A stretch of 64,000 bases of DNA from an uncultured Candidatus Saccharibacteria bacterium (GCA_964446735.1 CAYUQB010000001.1:27892-91891); one strand, 5' to 3'; shown: positions 20,013 through 27,687, counted from the stretch's first letter. Made by a program: numbers and translations. The notes: generated by a model not told the origin, from the letters alone.

Positions 20013-20465
20013 CTATCCGAGCGAACGGGTCGAGCGGTACGCGCTCTTGCGTCGCGGCTTGAGGTGTCTCAGAAACTGAAAGACCACCCAGAGGGAGACG
20101 AGCCCCCACCCGCTCCAGCCGAGGGCATACTGCGCCTTCAGCCAGTTGTCCTTCTGTTCGGCCAGACGCTTGTACTCGTCGCGTGCGGCCGTCACCTCGG
20201 CTACCTGCCCCTCGAGGTCCGCGATCCGTTCGGCGGCTTTCCGAAGCGGCTCGTTTGCCGCATCCACCCGGTCACAGAGCGCCTGGCCGATGTCGCCGGG
20301 TCGAATAGTGACAGGCTGGCCGTCGAGCGTGAAGGTCTTTCCGTCTGGAAGTCTGGTGGGGTTGAGTCCCACTGCTCTCAGGCGATCCGCACACGTTCCG
20401 TCATCGGCTCGCGCAGGTGTCCCGAGGGACAGTACCAGTAGCCCACCAATCAAGACTCTCCGCAT
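20013..20465 (-). CDS. secreted coiled-coil protein with C-terminal TM anchor
   Basis: Signal peptide (GGLLVLSLGTPARA), two Cys, coiled-coil region (LEGQVAEVTAARDEYKRLAEQKDNWLKAQ), C-terminal hydrophobic helix; GC-rich. Confidence 0.45.
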   Translation of the reverse strand: MRRVLIGGLLVLSLGTPARADDGTCADRLRAVGLNPTRLPDGKTFTLDGQPVTIRPGDIGQALCDRVDAANEPLRKAAERIADLEGQVAEVTAARDEYKRLAEQKDNWLKAQYALGWSGWGLVSLWVVFQFLRHLKPRRKSAYRSTRSLG

Positions 20466-20530
20466 TGCTGTCCCTCCCGAAACAATGAATGGCGCGCACG
20501 CGCCGTTCTCCTAGCGGGGACAATACCACG

Positions 20531-20556
20531 AAAAACGCCGGCGTAAAGCCGGCGGA
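20531..20556 (-). terminator. rho-independent terminator after rpmA
   Basis: On the minus strand, CGCCGGC-ttta-GCCGGCG followed by TTTTT. Confidence 0.7.
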
Positions 20557-20560
20557 TTCC

Positions 20561-20839
20561 TTAGGCAGCGACGACGTCGACTACCTTTTTTCGACGAACC
20601 CTGCCGTCAAAATTAGTCTTACGCATCTCGCGGAAGGCAACTTTGCCTACGATCATCGAGTAGAGGGTGTGGTCCTTTCCAACCTTCACATTCTTTCCGG
20701 GCTCGATCTTGGTACCGCGCTGACGCACGATGACCATGCCGGGACGAGCAGGAGCACCGTCAGCGAGCTTCACCCCGAGGTATTTCGGGTTTGAAGTATT
20801 AAGATTTTTTGCTGATCCACCAGCTTTAGTACTTGCCAT
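20561..20839 (-). CDS. rpmA: 50S ribosomal protein L27
   Basis: 92 aa; MASTKAGGSAKN...RQRGTK signature of L27. Confidence 0.9.
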   Translation of the reverse strand: MASTKAGGSAKNLNTSNPKYLGVKLADGAPARPGMVIVRQRGTKIEPGKNVKVGKDHTLYSMIVGKVAFREMRKTNFDGRVRRKKVVDVVAA

Positions 20840-20863
20840 ACGCTATACTTTCTTTACGTTGCC

Positions 20864-21283
20864 ATGACTATAGCAGAACTGCGGGAACGAAGCAATACAG
20901 CCCTTTCTCGTGTTCCCATGGACGTTTTGGTGGTCGGAGTGGTTATCCTCTCCTCGAGCGCTTCCTTTGGACTGGGGTATCTCACGGGAAGGGAGGGGGA
21001 GGAGAAGGACCGAGGATTCTGGATCGAGGACGTATCTACCACCTCGGCTAAAACCCTCCCGGCTGCAGCTATTGTTGCTCCACCTATACCGGTCGTTACC
21101 CCAGGGACTATCCTTACACCCAAGGAAGGGAAGTACGTTGCATCTAAATCAGGGAAGAAGTACTACCTTCCGAGCTGTTCTGGTGCCAAGCGTATAAAGG
21201 AGGAGAACAAGGTGTGGTTTGCGACTCTTGAGGCCGCACAGGCATCTGGCCGCACCCCTGCCGCTAACTGTCCCGGCCTATGA
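20864..21283 (+). CDS. membrane-anchored protein with a C-terminal Ada-type zinc-binding-like domain
   Basis: N-terminal TM (VLVVGVVILSSSASFGLGYL); C-terminal YYLPSCSGAKRIKEENKVWFATLEAAQASGRTPAANC resembles the Ada Zn-binding module (YHxxxC...KRIKxENRxxF...EAxxAGxRPCKxC). Confidence 0.5.
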   Translation: MTIAELRERSNTALSRVPMDVLVVGVVILSSSASFGLGYLTGREGEEKDRGFWIEDVSTTSAKTLPAAAIVAPPIPVVTPGTILTPKEGKYVASKSGKKYYLPSCSGAKRIKEENKVWFATLEAAQASGRTPAANCPGL

Positions 21284-21882
21284 TCGTACTTGATGTCGAA
21301 TCGACGAGTCTGGTGCCTGAGACCGGATCGATCCTGTCTCTTGGTGCACTTGATCTTGATGAACCCACCAACCAATTCTATGACGAGTGTCGTATCTGGG
21401 AGGGTGCACATGTCACCGACGAGGCATTGGTCATAAACGGATTTAGTCAGGAAGAGATACGCGATCCGAGCAAGAAGAGCGAGGCCGAGCTCATCGCGGC
21501 CTTCGTCGCATGGGCCACGGATCGTCCGAAGAACCGAATACTCGCAGCGCAGAATGTTTCGTTTGATCTCGAGTATGTGCAGGAGGCATGCAAGCGGGCG
21601 GGTATCGATTGCCCATTCGGAAAACGCACGATCGACACGCACACCTTGGTTTGGCTCCATATGACTGAACACGGCGTCGTTCCTCCTCTTAACGAACACG
21701 GACACTCCGCCATCAATCTTGATGTTGCACTCCAGTATTGTGGGATTCCGGCAGAACCTAAACCGCATAACGCACTCACTGGTGCGTACTGTCACGCCGA
21801 AGTCGTCGCGCGTATAGCGTATAATCGAACGGTACTACCTGACTTTGGCACTTTTCCGATACCATGGCTGACGAACCGTTGA
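21280..21882 (+). CDS. DnaQ-like 3'-5' exonuclease (DEDDh family)
   Basis: Exo I IVLDVESTSL, Exo II AQNVSFDLEYV, Exo III H...D near the C-terminus; start overlaps the upstream stop (ATGA). Confidence 0.7.
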   Translation: MIVLDVESTSLVPETGSILSLGALDLDEPTNQFYDECRIWEGAHVTDEALVINGFSQEEIRDPSKKSEAELIAAFVAWATDRPKNRILAAQNVSFDLEYVQEACKRAGIDCPFGKRTIDTHTLVWLHMTEHGVVPPLNEHGHSAINLDVALQYCGIPAEPKPHNALTGAYCHAEVVARIAYNRTVLPDFGTFPIPWLTNR

Positions 21883-22652
21883 TACCTACTCCTACCGTAG
21901 AGCTTCCGGTCCCTATCGCAGGTGATAGGGAAGAGAAGCATCGGACAATGGGAGCCGCTCTTGAGCGCACCATTGCGGAAGGGAAGCATGCTGTGCCGCC
22001 ACTACCGGATCCTCTGGTCTGTAAGCCCCAGCAGATTGAAAGCTGGCGGGTCTTCAAGATCATGAGTGAGTTTGTGGAAGGCTTCGAACTTCTACGAAAA
22101 TATGGACTCGCCGCAAGTTTCTTTGGCACCGCTCGACAGACATTCGAACCTCGCTTCTACGAGGAGGCGACTGAACTTGCTGGCCGTCTTGCCAAGGCTG
22201 GCTACGCGGTGATCACCGGAGGAAACGCCGGTATCATGGAGGCTGCGAACAAAGGTGCCTTTGAGGCTGGTGGTGCCTCTATTGGTCTCAACATCCGTAT
22301 TGCAGAGGATCCTGTACTAAACGCGTACATCACTGATTCGGTAACCTTCGATCATTTCTTCGTACGCAAGGTGATGCTCGCGTTCGCGTCGGAAGTCTAT
22401 ATCTATTTCCCTGGTGGGTACGGAACGCTTGATGAATTTACAGAGATTCTCACGCTTGTACAAACTAAGAAGATTCGCAAAGTCCCAATCGTGCTGTATG
22501 GCAAAGAGTACTGGGATCCGCTTATAGATTTTTTCTGCAACAAACTGTTTAAGGAGCATGCCGCTATCAACGAAGAAGATCTAGAGCTCTTCCGCGTAGT
22601 GGATTCGGTAGACGAGGCATTTGAATATATTCAGAAGAGTGTGAAGTGCTAA
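21864..22652 (+). CDS. LOG family protein (cytokinin riboside 5'-monophosphate phosphoribohydrolase-like)
   Basis: VITGGNAGIMEAANKGA and FPGGYGTLDEFTEILTLVQT signatures of TIGR00730/LOG; overlaps the exonuclease gene by 19 nt. Confidence 0.8.
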   Translation: MADEPLIPTPTVELPVPIAGDREEKHRTMGAALERTIAEGKHAVPPLPDPLVCKPQQIESWRVFKIMSEFVEGFELLRKYGLAASFFGTARQTFEPRFYEEATELAGRLAKAGYAVITGGNAGIMEAANKGAFEAGGASIGLNIRIAEDPVLNAYITDSVTFDHFFVRKVMLAFASEVYIYFPGGYGTLDEFTEILTLVQTKKIRKVPIVLYGKEYWDPLIDFFCNKLFKEHAAINEEDLELFRVVDSVDEAFEYIQKSVKC

Positions 22653-22663
22653 ATAAAGAAGTT

Positions 22664-22690
22664 CCCGACGCCGCTGGTGCGGGCGTCGGG
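22664..22690. terminator. hairpin terminator between LOG (+) and the MTDIK copy B gene (-)
   Basis: CCCGACGCC-gctggtgcg-GGCGTCGGG, a 9-bp stem; the U-tract is on the minus-strand side (AAATAAAGAA on the plus strand). Confidence 0.5.
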
Positions 22691-22707
22691 ACTCTTCGTG
22701 GCGATGT

Positions 22708-22971
22708 TCAGCTATAGCGGAACGCCGAACTGATGACGCCGGGCTGCTCGATGGCTCGCTTGGAGAGCTCCTCCTCCATCCCTTCCGGCACGGAGACGTA
22801 GGAGACGATCTCGCTGCCGTTGTAGCCTTCGCCGAACGTCCCGCCGATCGCCTCCACAGCGCCCTGGCACACCTCGAGCGGTGTGCCTTTCTCAAACTGG
22901 ATCACCACCCAGCCGGGAACATGGCGTCCTCCGTGATGCACGGGAGGCGGAACATTTTTGATGTCGGTCAT
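22708..22971 (-). CDS. small protein of unknown function, 'MTDIK' family (copy B)
   Basis: 87 aa; ATGACCGACATCAAA start preceded by GGAGGAaattgtc; GC-rich; shares a beta-alpha-beta-like core with the ORF at 6360..6569. Confidence 0.5.
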   Translation of the reverse strand: MTDIKNVPPPVHHGGRHVPGWVVIQFEKGTPLEVCQGAVEAIGGTFGEGYNGSEIVSYVSVPEGMEEELSKRAIEQPGVISSAFRYS

Positions 22972-23090
22972 GACAATTTCCTCCTACCCCTGAACATACA
23001 AGAAGGAAGAGGGAAGGCAAGGGTAGGGGAGTTGAGTATCGGTGCCAAATATCACCTGTGCTCGATCTCCCCTACACCACTCCTCTACCA
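22972..23090 (-). promoter_or_regulatory. structured 5' leader with mutually exclusive hairpins able to sequester the SD of the MTDIK-B gene
   Basis: mRNA segments S1 GUAGGGGAG (23075..23067), S2 CUCCCCUACCC (23031..23021), S3 GGGGUAGGAGG (22990..22980, includes the SD GGAGG); S2 pairs 9/9 with S1 or 7+2 bp with S3; a pyrimidine tract CCUUCCCUCUUCCUUCUU lies between S2 and S3. Confidence 0.35.
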
Positions 23091-23440
23091 CCTCGCGGGG
23101 AAGACCCTGCCAATTATTTTGTGATCCAAATTTAGCGGAGAATGCCACCGACCTGCCGGACAGGAATTTTAAGACCATTGATAGGGGAGAAGGAGCAAAG
23201 TTTCATATCCGGGCGCTTAGGGTTTAAAGATATATAAAGTGCGCACAATATACCTTTTACGCACTTATAATATAGTGGGCCGCGGTACGGCATCTTCAGA
23301 CTTTCCTTAAATACCTCGCTCCCCTTGCCTGTCTAGGTGATTTTCCTTTGCCTATACGATCCTAAGGTTTTGTCCTACTTCCCTATATATCTACGGAAAC
23401 CCAGAAGATTCGACTCAAGCCACTTCCCCAGTTTTGCCGA

Positions 23441-23471
23441 GATTTGATAGGGGAGTCACTTCCCTGCCGCT
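23441..23471 (+). repeat. 31-nt repeat, copy 1 (GATTTGATAGGGGAGTCACTTCCCTGCCGCT)
   Basis: About 26/31 identical to 25621..25651; an additional partial copy CACTTCCCCAG lies at 23420..23430; it is downstream of the ABC-F stop. Confidence 0.45.
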
Positions 23472-23547
23472 CCCCCACCGACTCTTGTTCATCCGAGATA
23501 TGGCTTGGGTGGGCGGTCCTACACGGAAGGGAGCAGTATTTTTATTG

Positions 23548-25041
23548 TCAGGCTGCCAAGTCCAGGTTTTGGGTAATACGAATCTGCGATACGAAATCAG
23601 GCACGTGAGAGACCAGTATCATCGCGCCTTCGTACTCATCAAGCGCTTTGGCAATGATCGGTAGGTGGCGGAAGTTGATGTGGTTAGTCGGCTCATCGAG
23701 TATGAGGAGTCCAGGGCGTTCAAGCACGAGCCGAGCAAATGCGACGAGACCTTTCTGACCTTCGGAGAGCACGCCGATCTTCTTACCAATCTGTTCGCGA
23801 GTAATCAGGAATCCTGCGGCGACCGCACGCATACGTTCTTCATCTGGTTTATCCATGGCAGAAAGGAGAGACTCAAAGACCGTGTGCTCAAAATTAAGGG
23901 TGGAGAAATCTTGACGGTAGTAACCGACTCGAACACCCTCGGCAATCTTCGCGCCCTCTGCGGTACCACGTGCGAGCGACTCAAGCAGGGTGGTCTTACC
24001 AATCCCGTTTGGACCGGTGAGTTGGAGATGGTCGCGGCGCTTGAGTACGATCTCTCGCTTCTTTACTTTTGGTTTGTGCGTCTTCGGATCGATAGTCGTG
24101 AAGGATTGTATTGAAAGCAATTCGCCGACCAGCTCCGGTTGCGCGGGAATAGTGAAGGGACGGATAGTCTTATCCTCTTTACGGACATCCACTTTATCTT
24201 CCTCCATCTGCTCAACCTCTTCGCGCATCTTTTTTGCAACGAGACGCATCTTACCTCCCTTTTGTGCGAAGAAGTTTGCTTTGTCTTTGTTATCCTGGAT
24301 CTTCTTTGCAAGCTGCGCGTTCTTGCGATTCTCGCGTTCAATACGGGCCGTTATCTCCTTTAGGAGGTCGTAGTAGTTACCGGTGTACTGTTCGACTTTG
24401 CGGGTATGCACATCAAGGTACAGCACGCCGTCGGTGAATGAATTAAGGAACTCTGCATCGTGCGAAATGACCAAGCAGCTCTTTTGGTACGCCTTAAGGA
24501 AATCCGTCAGATGCTCAATACCTGCGGTATCGAGGTTATTCGTTGGCTCATCAAGCAAGAGGAGATCTGGATCCTGGATAAGGGCGCTCGCAAGTAGAAG
24601 GCGAGCCTGCTGACCGCCTGAAAAGGAACTGACGAGCCGTTCCTTGGGTGCGTGAAGATTCACGACATCGAGCACCGCATCTATCTTTGGATCTATATCG
24701 TAGACCTTTTTGCTGAAGGATGCCTCAAAGAACTCTCGGATGGAGCGTTCACGAAGCGCAGGCGGTATGACCTGGGCTGCCATAGCAATCGAGACACCGC
24801 GGGGGATTTGGATCTTGCCATGCTCTGGGGTGAGCTCGCCCGTTATCAATTTGAAGATAGTCGATTTCCCTGCTCCGTTCTGACCCATGAGAGTCACTTT
24901 CATGCCTGAGCGTAGAGAAAAATCCACCTCATCAAGGATGGGATGGTTGTGTCCGTATTCAAAGGACGCCTCCTCAAACCGCACGATTACTTCTTTGGGA
25001 CCCGCAGCAGGGCCACGTTCTTTCGAACCCGATCCGCTCAT
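23548..25041 (-). CDS. ABC-F family ATPase (EttA/Uup-like translation factor type; tandem ABC domains, no TMD)
   Basis: 497 aa; two Walker A motifs (GQNGAGKST; GPNGIGKTT), two signature motifs (LSGGQQARL; LSEGQKGLV), an inter-domain linker with coiled coil. Confidence 0.85.
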   Translation of the reverse strand: MSGSGSKERGPAAGPKEVIVRFEEASFEYGHNHPILDEVDFSLRSGMKVTLMGQNGAGKSTIFKLITGELTPEHGKIQIPRGVSIAMAAQVIPPALRERSIREFFEASFSKKVYDIDPKIDAVLDVVNLHAPKERLVSSFSGGQQARLLLASALIQDPDLLLLDEPTNNLDTAGIEHLTDFLKAYQKSCLVISHDAEFLNSFTDGVLYLDVHTRKVEQYTGNYYDLLKEITARIERENRKNAQLAKKIQDNKDKANFFAQKGGKMRLVAKKMREEVEQMEEDKVDVRKEDKTIRPFTIPAQPELVGELLSIQSFTTIDPKTHKPKVKKREIVLKRRDHLQLTGPNGIGKTTLLESLARGTAEGAKIAEGVRVGYYRQDFSTLNFEHTVFESLLSAMDKPDEERMRAVAAGFLITREQIGKKIGVLSEGQKGLVAFARLVLERPGLLILDEPTNHINFRHLPIIAKALDEYEGAMILVSHVPDFVSQIRITQNLDLAA

Positions 25042-25046
25042 ATCTA

Positions 25047-25292
25047 CTAGGTCGCTTTCTTCCCTTCAACGGGACGTACGCGAAGCCAGTCCATGATTTG
25101 TTTGCGATGAGCGGCAAGTGTCCATGCACCCTCGTCTTTGAATGCCTGTGCATGTCCTTCGCGATATTCCTCAAGCGAAGCGCGTGTAGCACGCGGAAAA
25201 GTCTCCGGAAGCCCCTCATTGTAGAGTACGAGGAACTCAGCAAGGGTACGGGGCCGTTCACTGCGCTCACGATCGAGATCAAGCAACTTCAT
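25047..25292 (-). CDS. hypothetical small protein (probably leaderless)
   Basis: 81 aa directly upstream of and co-directional with ABC-F; GGTATAATCGATTCC immediately precedes the ATG, i.e. a -10 box 5 nt from the start and no SD. Confidence 0.35.
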   Translation of the reverse strand: MKLLDLDRERSERPRTLAEFLVLYNEGLPETFPRATRASLEEYREGHAQAFKDEGAWTLAAHRKQIMDWLRVRPVEGKKAT

Positions 25293-25381
25293 TGGAATCG
25301 ATTATACCATAAGACCCGAGGGGTGTCAGGTAGTCCCACGTCTTCATACAAACTACGCGTGCATCGGTATACTGCTGATAT

Positions 25382-25630
25382 ATGAACATCGACTTCGCAC
25401 AACTTCCCAAATCGCTCGCTGACACCATATCCATTAATTACACTCAACATCATTTCCTTCTTGCGTTCAGCTCCGGCCAGAATGTTATGGCGTTCGCGTT
25501 GCCACCTGAGCTCATGAAAGCATTTGCGGCTGGACTTCCCGCTAAATTGGCAGAATACGAGGAGAAGTTCGGCACCATAGACCCAGCGGGTGCTGAGGGC
25601 GGTATCCAAAGTCCTATTCAGATTGCATAG
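25382..25630 (+). CDS. DUF3467-like small protein
   Basis: 82 aa; INYTQHHFLLAFSSGQNVMAFALPPELMKAF resembles the DUF3467 core; TATACT box 8 nt upstream of the ATG. Confidence 0.5.
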   Translation: MNIDFAQLPKSLADTISINYTQHHFLLAFSSGQNVMAFALPPELMKAFAAGLPAKLAEYEEKFGTIDPAGAEGGIQSPIQIA

Positions 25631-25651
25631 GAGAGACACTTCCCTGTCGGT
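25621..25651 (+). repeat. 31-nt repeat, copy 2 (GATTGCATAGGAGAGACACTTCCCTGTCGGT)
   Basis: Overlaps the DUF3467 stop codon (TAG within ATAGG); direct orientation relative to copy 1, 2.18 kb away. Confidence 0.45.
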
Positions 25652-25727
25652 AAGAGCTCACATTTTGATTCGTCGAAGACAGATAGTAGAGTAAATACCA
25701 GGTAAATTAGTACGAGGGGTTGATCTC

Positions 25728-25949
25728 ATGTCTGCCACGCCCGCCATCAGGACTTCGCAAAAGCCTCCGGCAGTAGGAGGCGACGGTGCGCTACGCGACA
25801 CCTGTCCGCACTGCACGCAGCTCGTGTTTTGCTACGGTCCAAATCGTAGCAACCTACGGCTCGAGGATCATGATCTGCCGGCCAACGGGTCGACGGAAGT
25901 TCGCAGGTGTTCTGGATCGGGGACGGTCCCGAAGAACCCGCACTGTTAA
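25728..25949 (+). CDS. hypothetical small Cys-rich (zinc-ribbon-like) protein
   Basis: 73 aa; GAGGGG SD 8 nt upstream; CPHC...FC / RRCSGSG...PHC cysteine pairs; GC-rich; followed by a GC-rich stem and TTTCTTTTT (about 25975..26010). Confidence 0.35.
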   Translation: MSATPAIRTSQKPPAVGGDGALRDTCPHCTQLVFCYGPNRSNLRLEDHDLPANGSTEVRRCSGSGTVPKNPHC

Positions 25950-26068
25950 CGCCATCGCCTGACCACTGAAGGAGCCCCCGGCCCCTTGCGGTCGGGCGGT
26001 TTCTTTTTAGTACGGGATCAAGTACCCTTCCGGTAGGCGCTTTCGCCGCGCCAGATAGAGGAGAATCC

Positions 26069-26692
26069 GTGGTGAAAGACCTGCCCTTTCAAAAAGTGAT
26101 CGTTGCTCGATTTACGGGTGACGGGATCTGCATCAAGAACCCATGGGTGGATGTCGAGCTATATCCTCGAGTACCACTCTATTTCTTCGCCGGCCCGATC
26201 CTCGGCGCGCCCGACTGGCAGCTGGAGCTCTTCCGACTGCTCCAAGCTAGACTACGCTGCTTCATCGCCGTCATTCCGACGCGCTATCCGACGTCCCATC
26301 CACTCTATCCGCATCGTCTGGATGGTGTTCCGGACTACTTCAAGCGGCAACGTCGCTTCGAAGCCTACTACATCAAGCTGGCCCGCGAAGCGCTGCGAAA
26401 GCACCCGGGCGGCGGGGCCCTCCTGTTCAACCTCTGCTGCCAAGTGGAGCCGAGACAGGATGGAAGACCCTACGGCACCGACTCGTGGCGTGAAGCCGCG
26501 GAGACCTACACACGCCTTGAATACGAAGAGGATCTCTGCGTGCTGGTGCGGGCCCAAGAAGGTTTTCCTGGAAGTGATGTGCTGCACGATTGCTTCAACG
26601 AAGCAACCGGTGGCACGTTCCCGTTCTATGCGACGCTCGCTGAGCTCGCCTTTGAAGCAGCCAGACTCGCCCCGGAAGACGCGTTGGTATAG
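26069..26692 (+). CDS. nucleoside 2-deoxyribosyltransferase-like (DUF4406/NDT-fold) protein
   Basis: GTG start preceded by GAGGAG; PLYFFAGPILGAPDWQ resembles the (I/L)Y(L/F)AGP nucleotide-binding motif of NDT/DUF4406-like proteins; GC-rich; the assignment is by motif only. Confidence 0.4.
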   Translation: MVKDLPFQKVIVARFTGDGICIKNPWVDVELYPRVPLYFFAGPILGAPDWQLELFRLLQARLRCFIAVIPTRYPTSHPLYPHRLDGVPDYFKRQRRFEAYYIKLAREALRKHPGGGALLFNLCCQVEPRQDGRPYGTDSWREAAETYTRLEYEEDLCVLVRAQEGFPGSDVLHDCFNEATGGTFPFYATLAELAFEAARLAPEDALV

Positions 26693-26752
26693 TTCCCAGT
26701 TCCGTCAAATTCAGAGAAGGCGCCAAGGAGAAATCTGCAGCGCCTTTTCACA

Positions 26753-27607
26753 TTAATTCGGCAAAATGTCGCGAAGCTCCTGCGAATTATAGAAATTACC
26801 CGCGAGTTCTCCAAAGCTGTACGTATGACCACCGGTAGTAATAGGTGCTCCAGCAGTCTTTGGATCTGCCTTTGGACTCGATGCGGCGAATCCTATGTTG
26901 AACAGCGTTGCGACAATCTCCGGTCGCGCGGATATCGGGTGCCCAGCACGCTCCCATTGCATCTGTATCTCCTTAAGGTAGATAGCGGTGTAGAGGTACG
27001 AGTAATAGTGGTCCTTTGCATCCGTAAGCCGTTTATACAGTTCCGCGTCCCGATCTACACCCGCTTGGTACGCTAGGCGCTCGGCATGGCCAGGGCCGGG
27101 ATAAAAGGCGGAGTTAGGATCTGCTGCATACTTTTCAATGTCACGCGCAGTCTCCTGTTTGATGCCAGAAACTCCAAGAGAGAATTGGGAAAGCGAACCA
27201 AGTATCTTGAGCGGTTCGAAATAGCGCTTAAACACTTCGCGTTCAGAGGTGAAGAAGCGTATTTGCTCTGGCACGACGACTGCTGCAATGAGTCGGGGTG
27301 AGACACCGGTCTCCCGCCCAACACGAGTAATGAGTGCAGCGTCCTTGGTGAGTCCTCCTGCAACTACTGCCCATTCAGGAGTTTCATTCCATGCGCACTC
27401 ACGTGCGTTGGTCGTGCAGGGCGGTACAGACATCTTTGCCTCCGCTGACTTCCCTGTTGGGAGAAAGAAAGAGTTTCGTTCCTCGATGGAGCCTCGGACA
27501 TTCAAAAGTCCGAACTGCATAGCAATAAATACCGCCGTAAAGGCAAGGCCGATGAGTGCAAATATGCCAACCGCAAATGCGGCGAAAATACGCAGGCTCT
27601 TCTTCAT
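26753..27607 (-). CDS. secreted/membrane-anchored hypothetical protein
   Basis: 284 aa; N-terminal TM/signal (IFAAFAVGIFALIGLAFTAVFIAM); last gene of the minus-strand cell-wall enzyme operon. Confidence 0.45.
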   Translation of the reverse strand: MKKSLRIFAAFAVGIFALIGLAFTAVFIAMQFGLLNVRGSIEERNSFFLPTGKSAEAKMSVPPCTTNARECAWNETPEWAVVAGGLTKDAALITRVGRETGVSPRLIAAVVVPEQIRFFTSEREVFKRYFEPLKILGSLSQFSLGVSGIKQETARDIEKYAADPNSAFYPGPGHAERLAYQAGVDRDAELYKRLTDAKDHYYSYLYTAIYLKEIQMQWERAGHPISARPEIVATLFNIGFAASSPKADPKTAGAPITTGGHTYSFGELAGNFYNSQELRDILPN

Positions 27608-27687
27608 GCAATGTCTTCTTTGTAGCAGAAGAAGTCAGTAATGAAAACCAAAGGGCTCGCCGTTTCCAGCGAGCCCCGGGGTTTTGA

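Noticed and set aside
23434-23664. ORF overlapping the 3' end of ABC-F on the opposite strand
   Set aside because: It lies mostly antisense to a well-supported gene and has no SD. Likely spurious.
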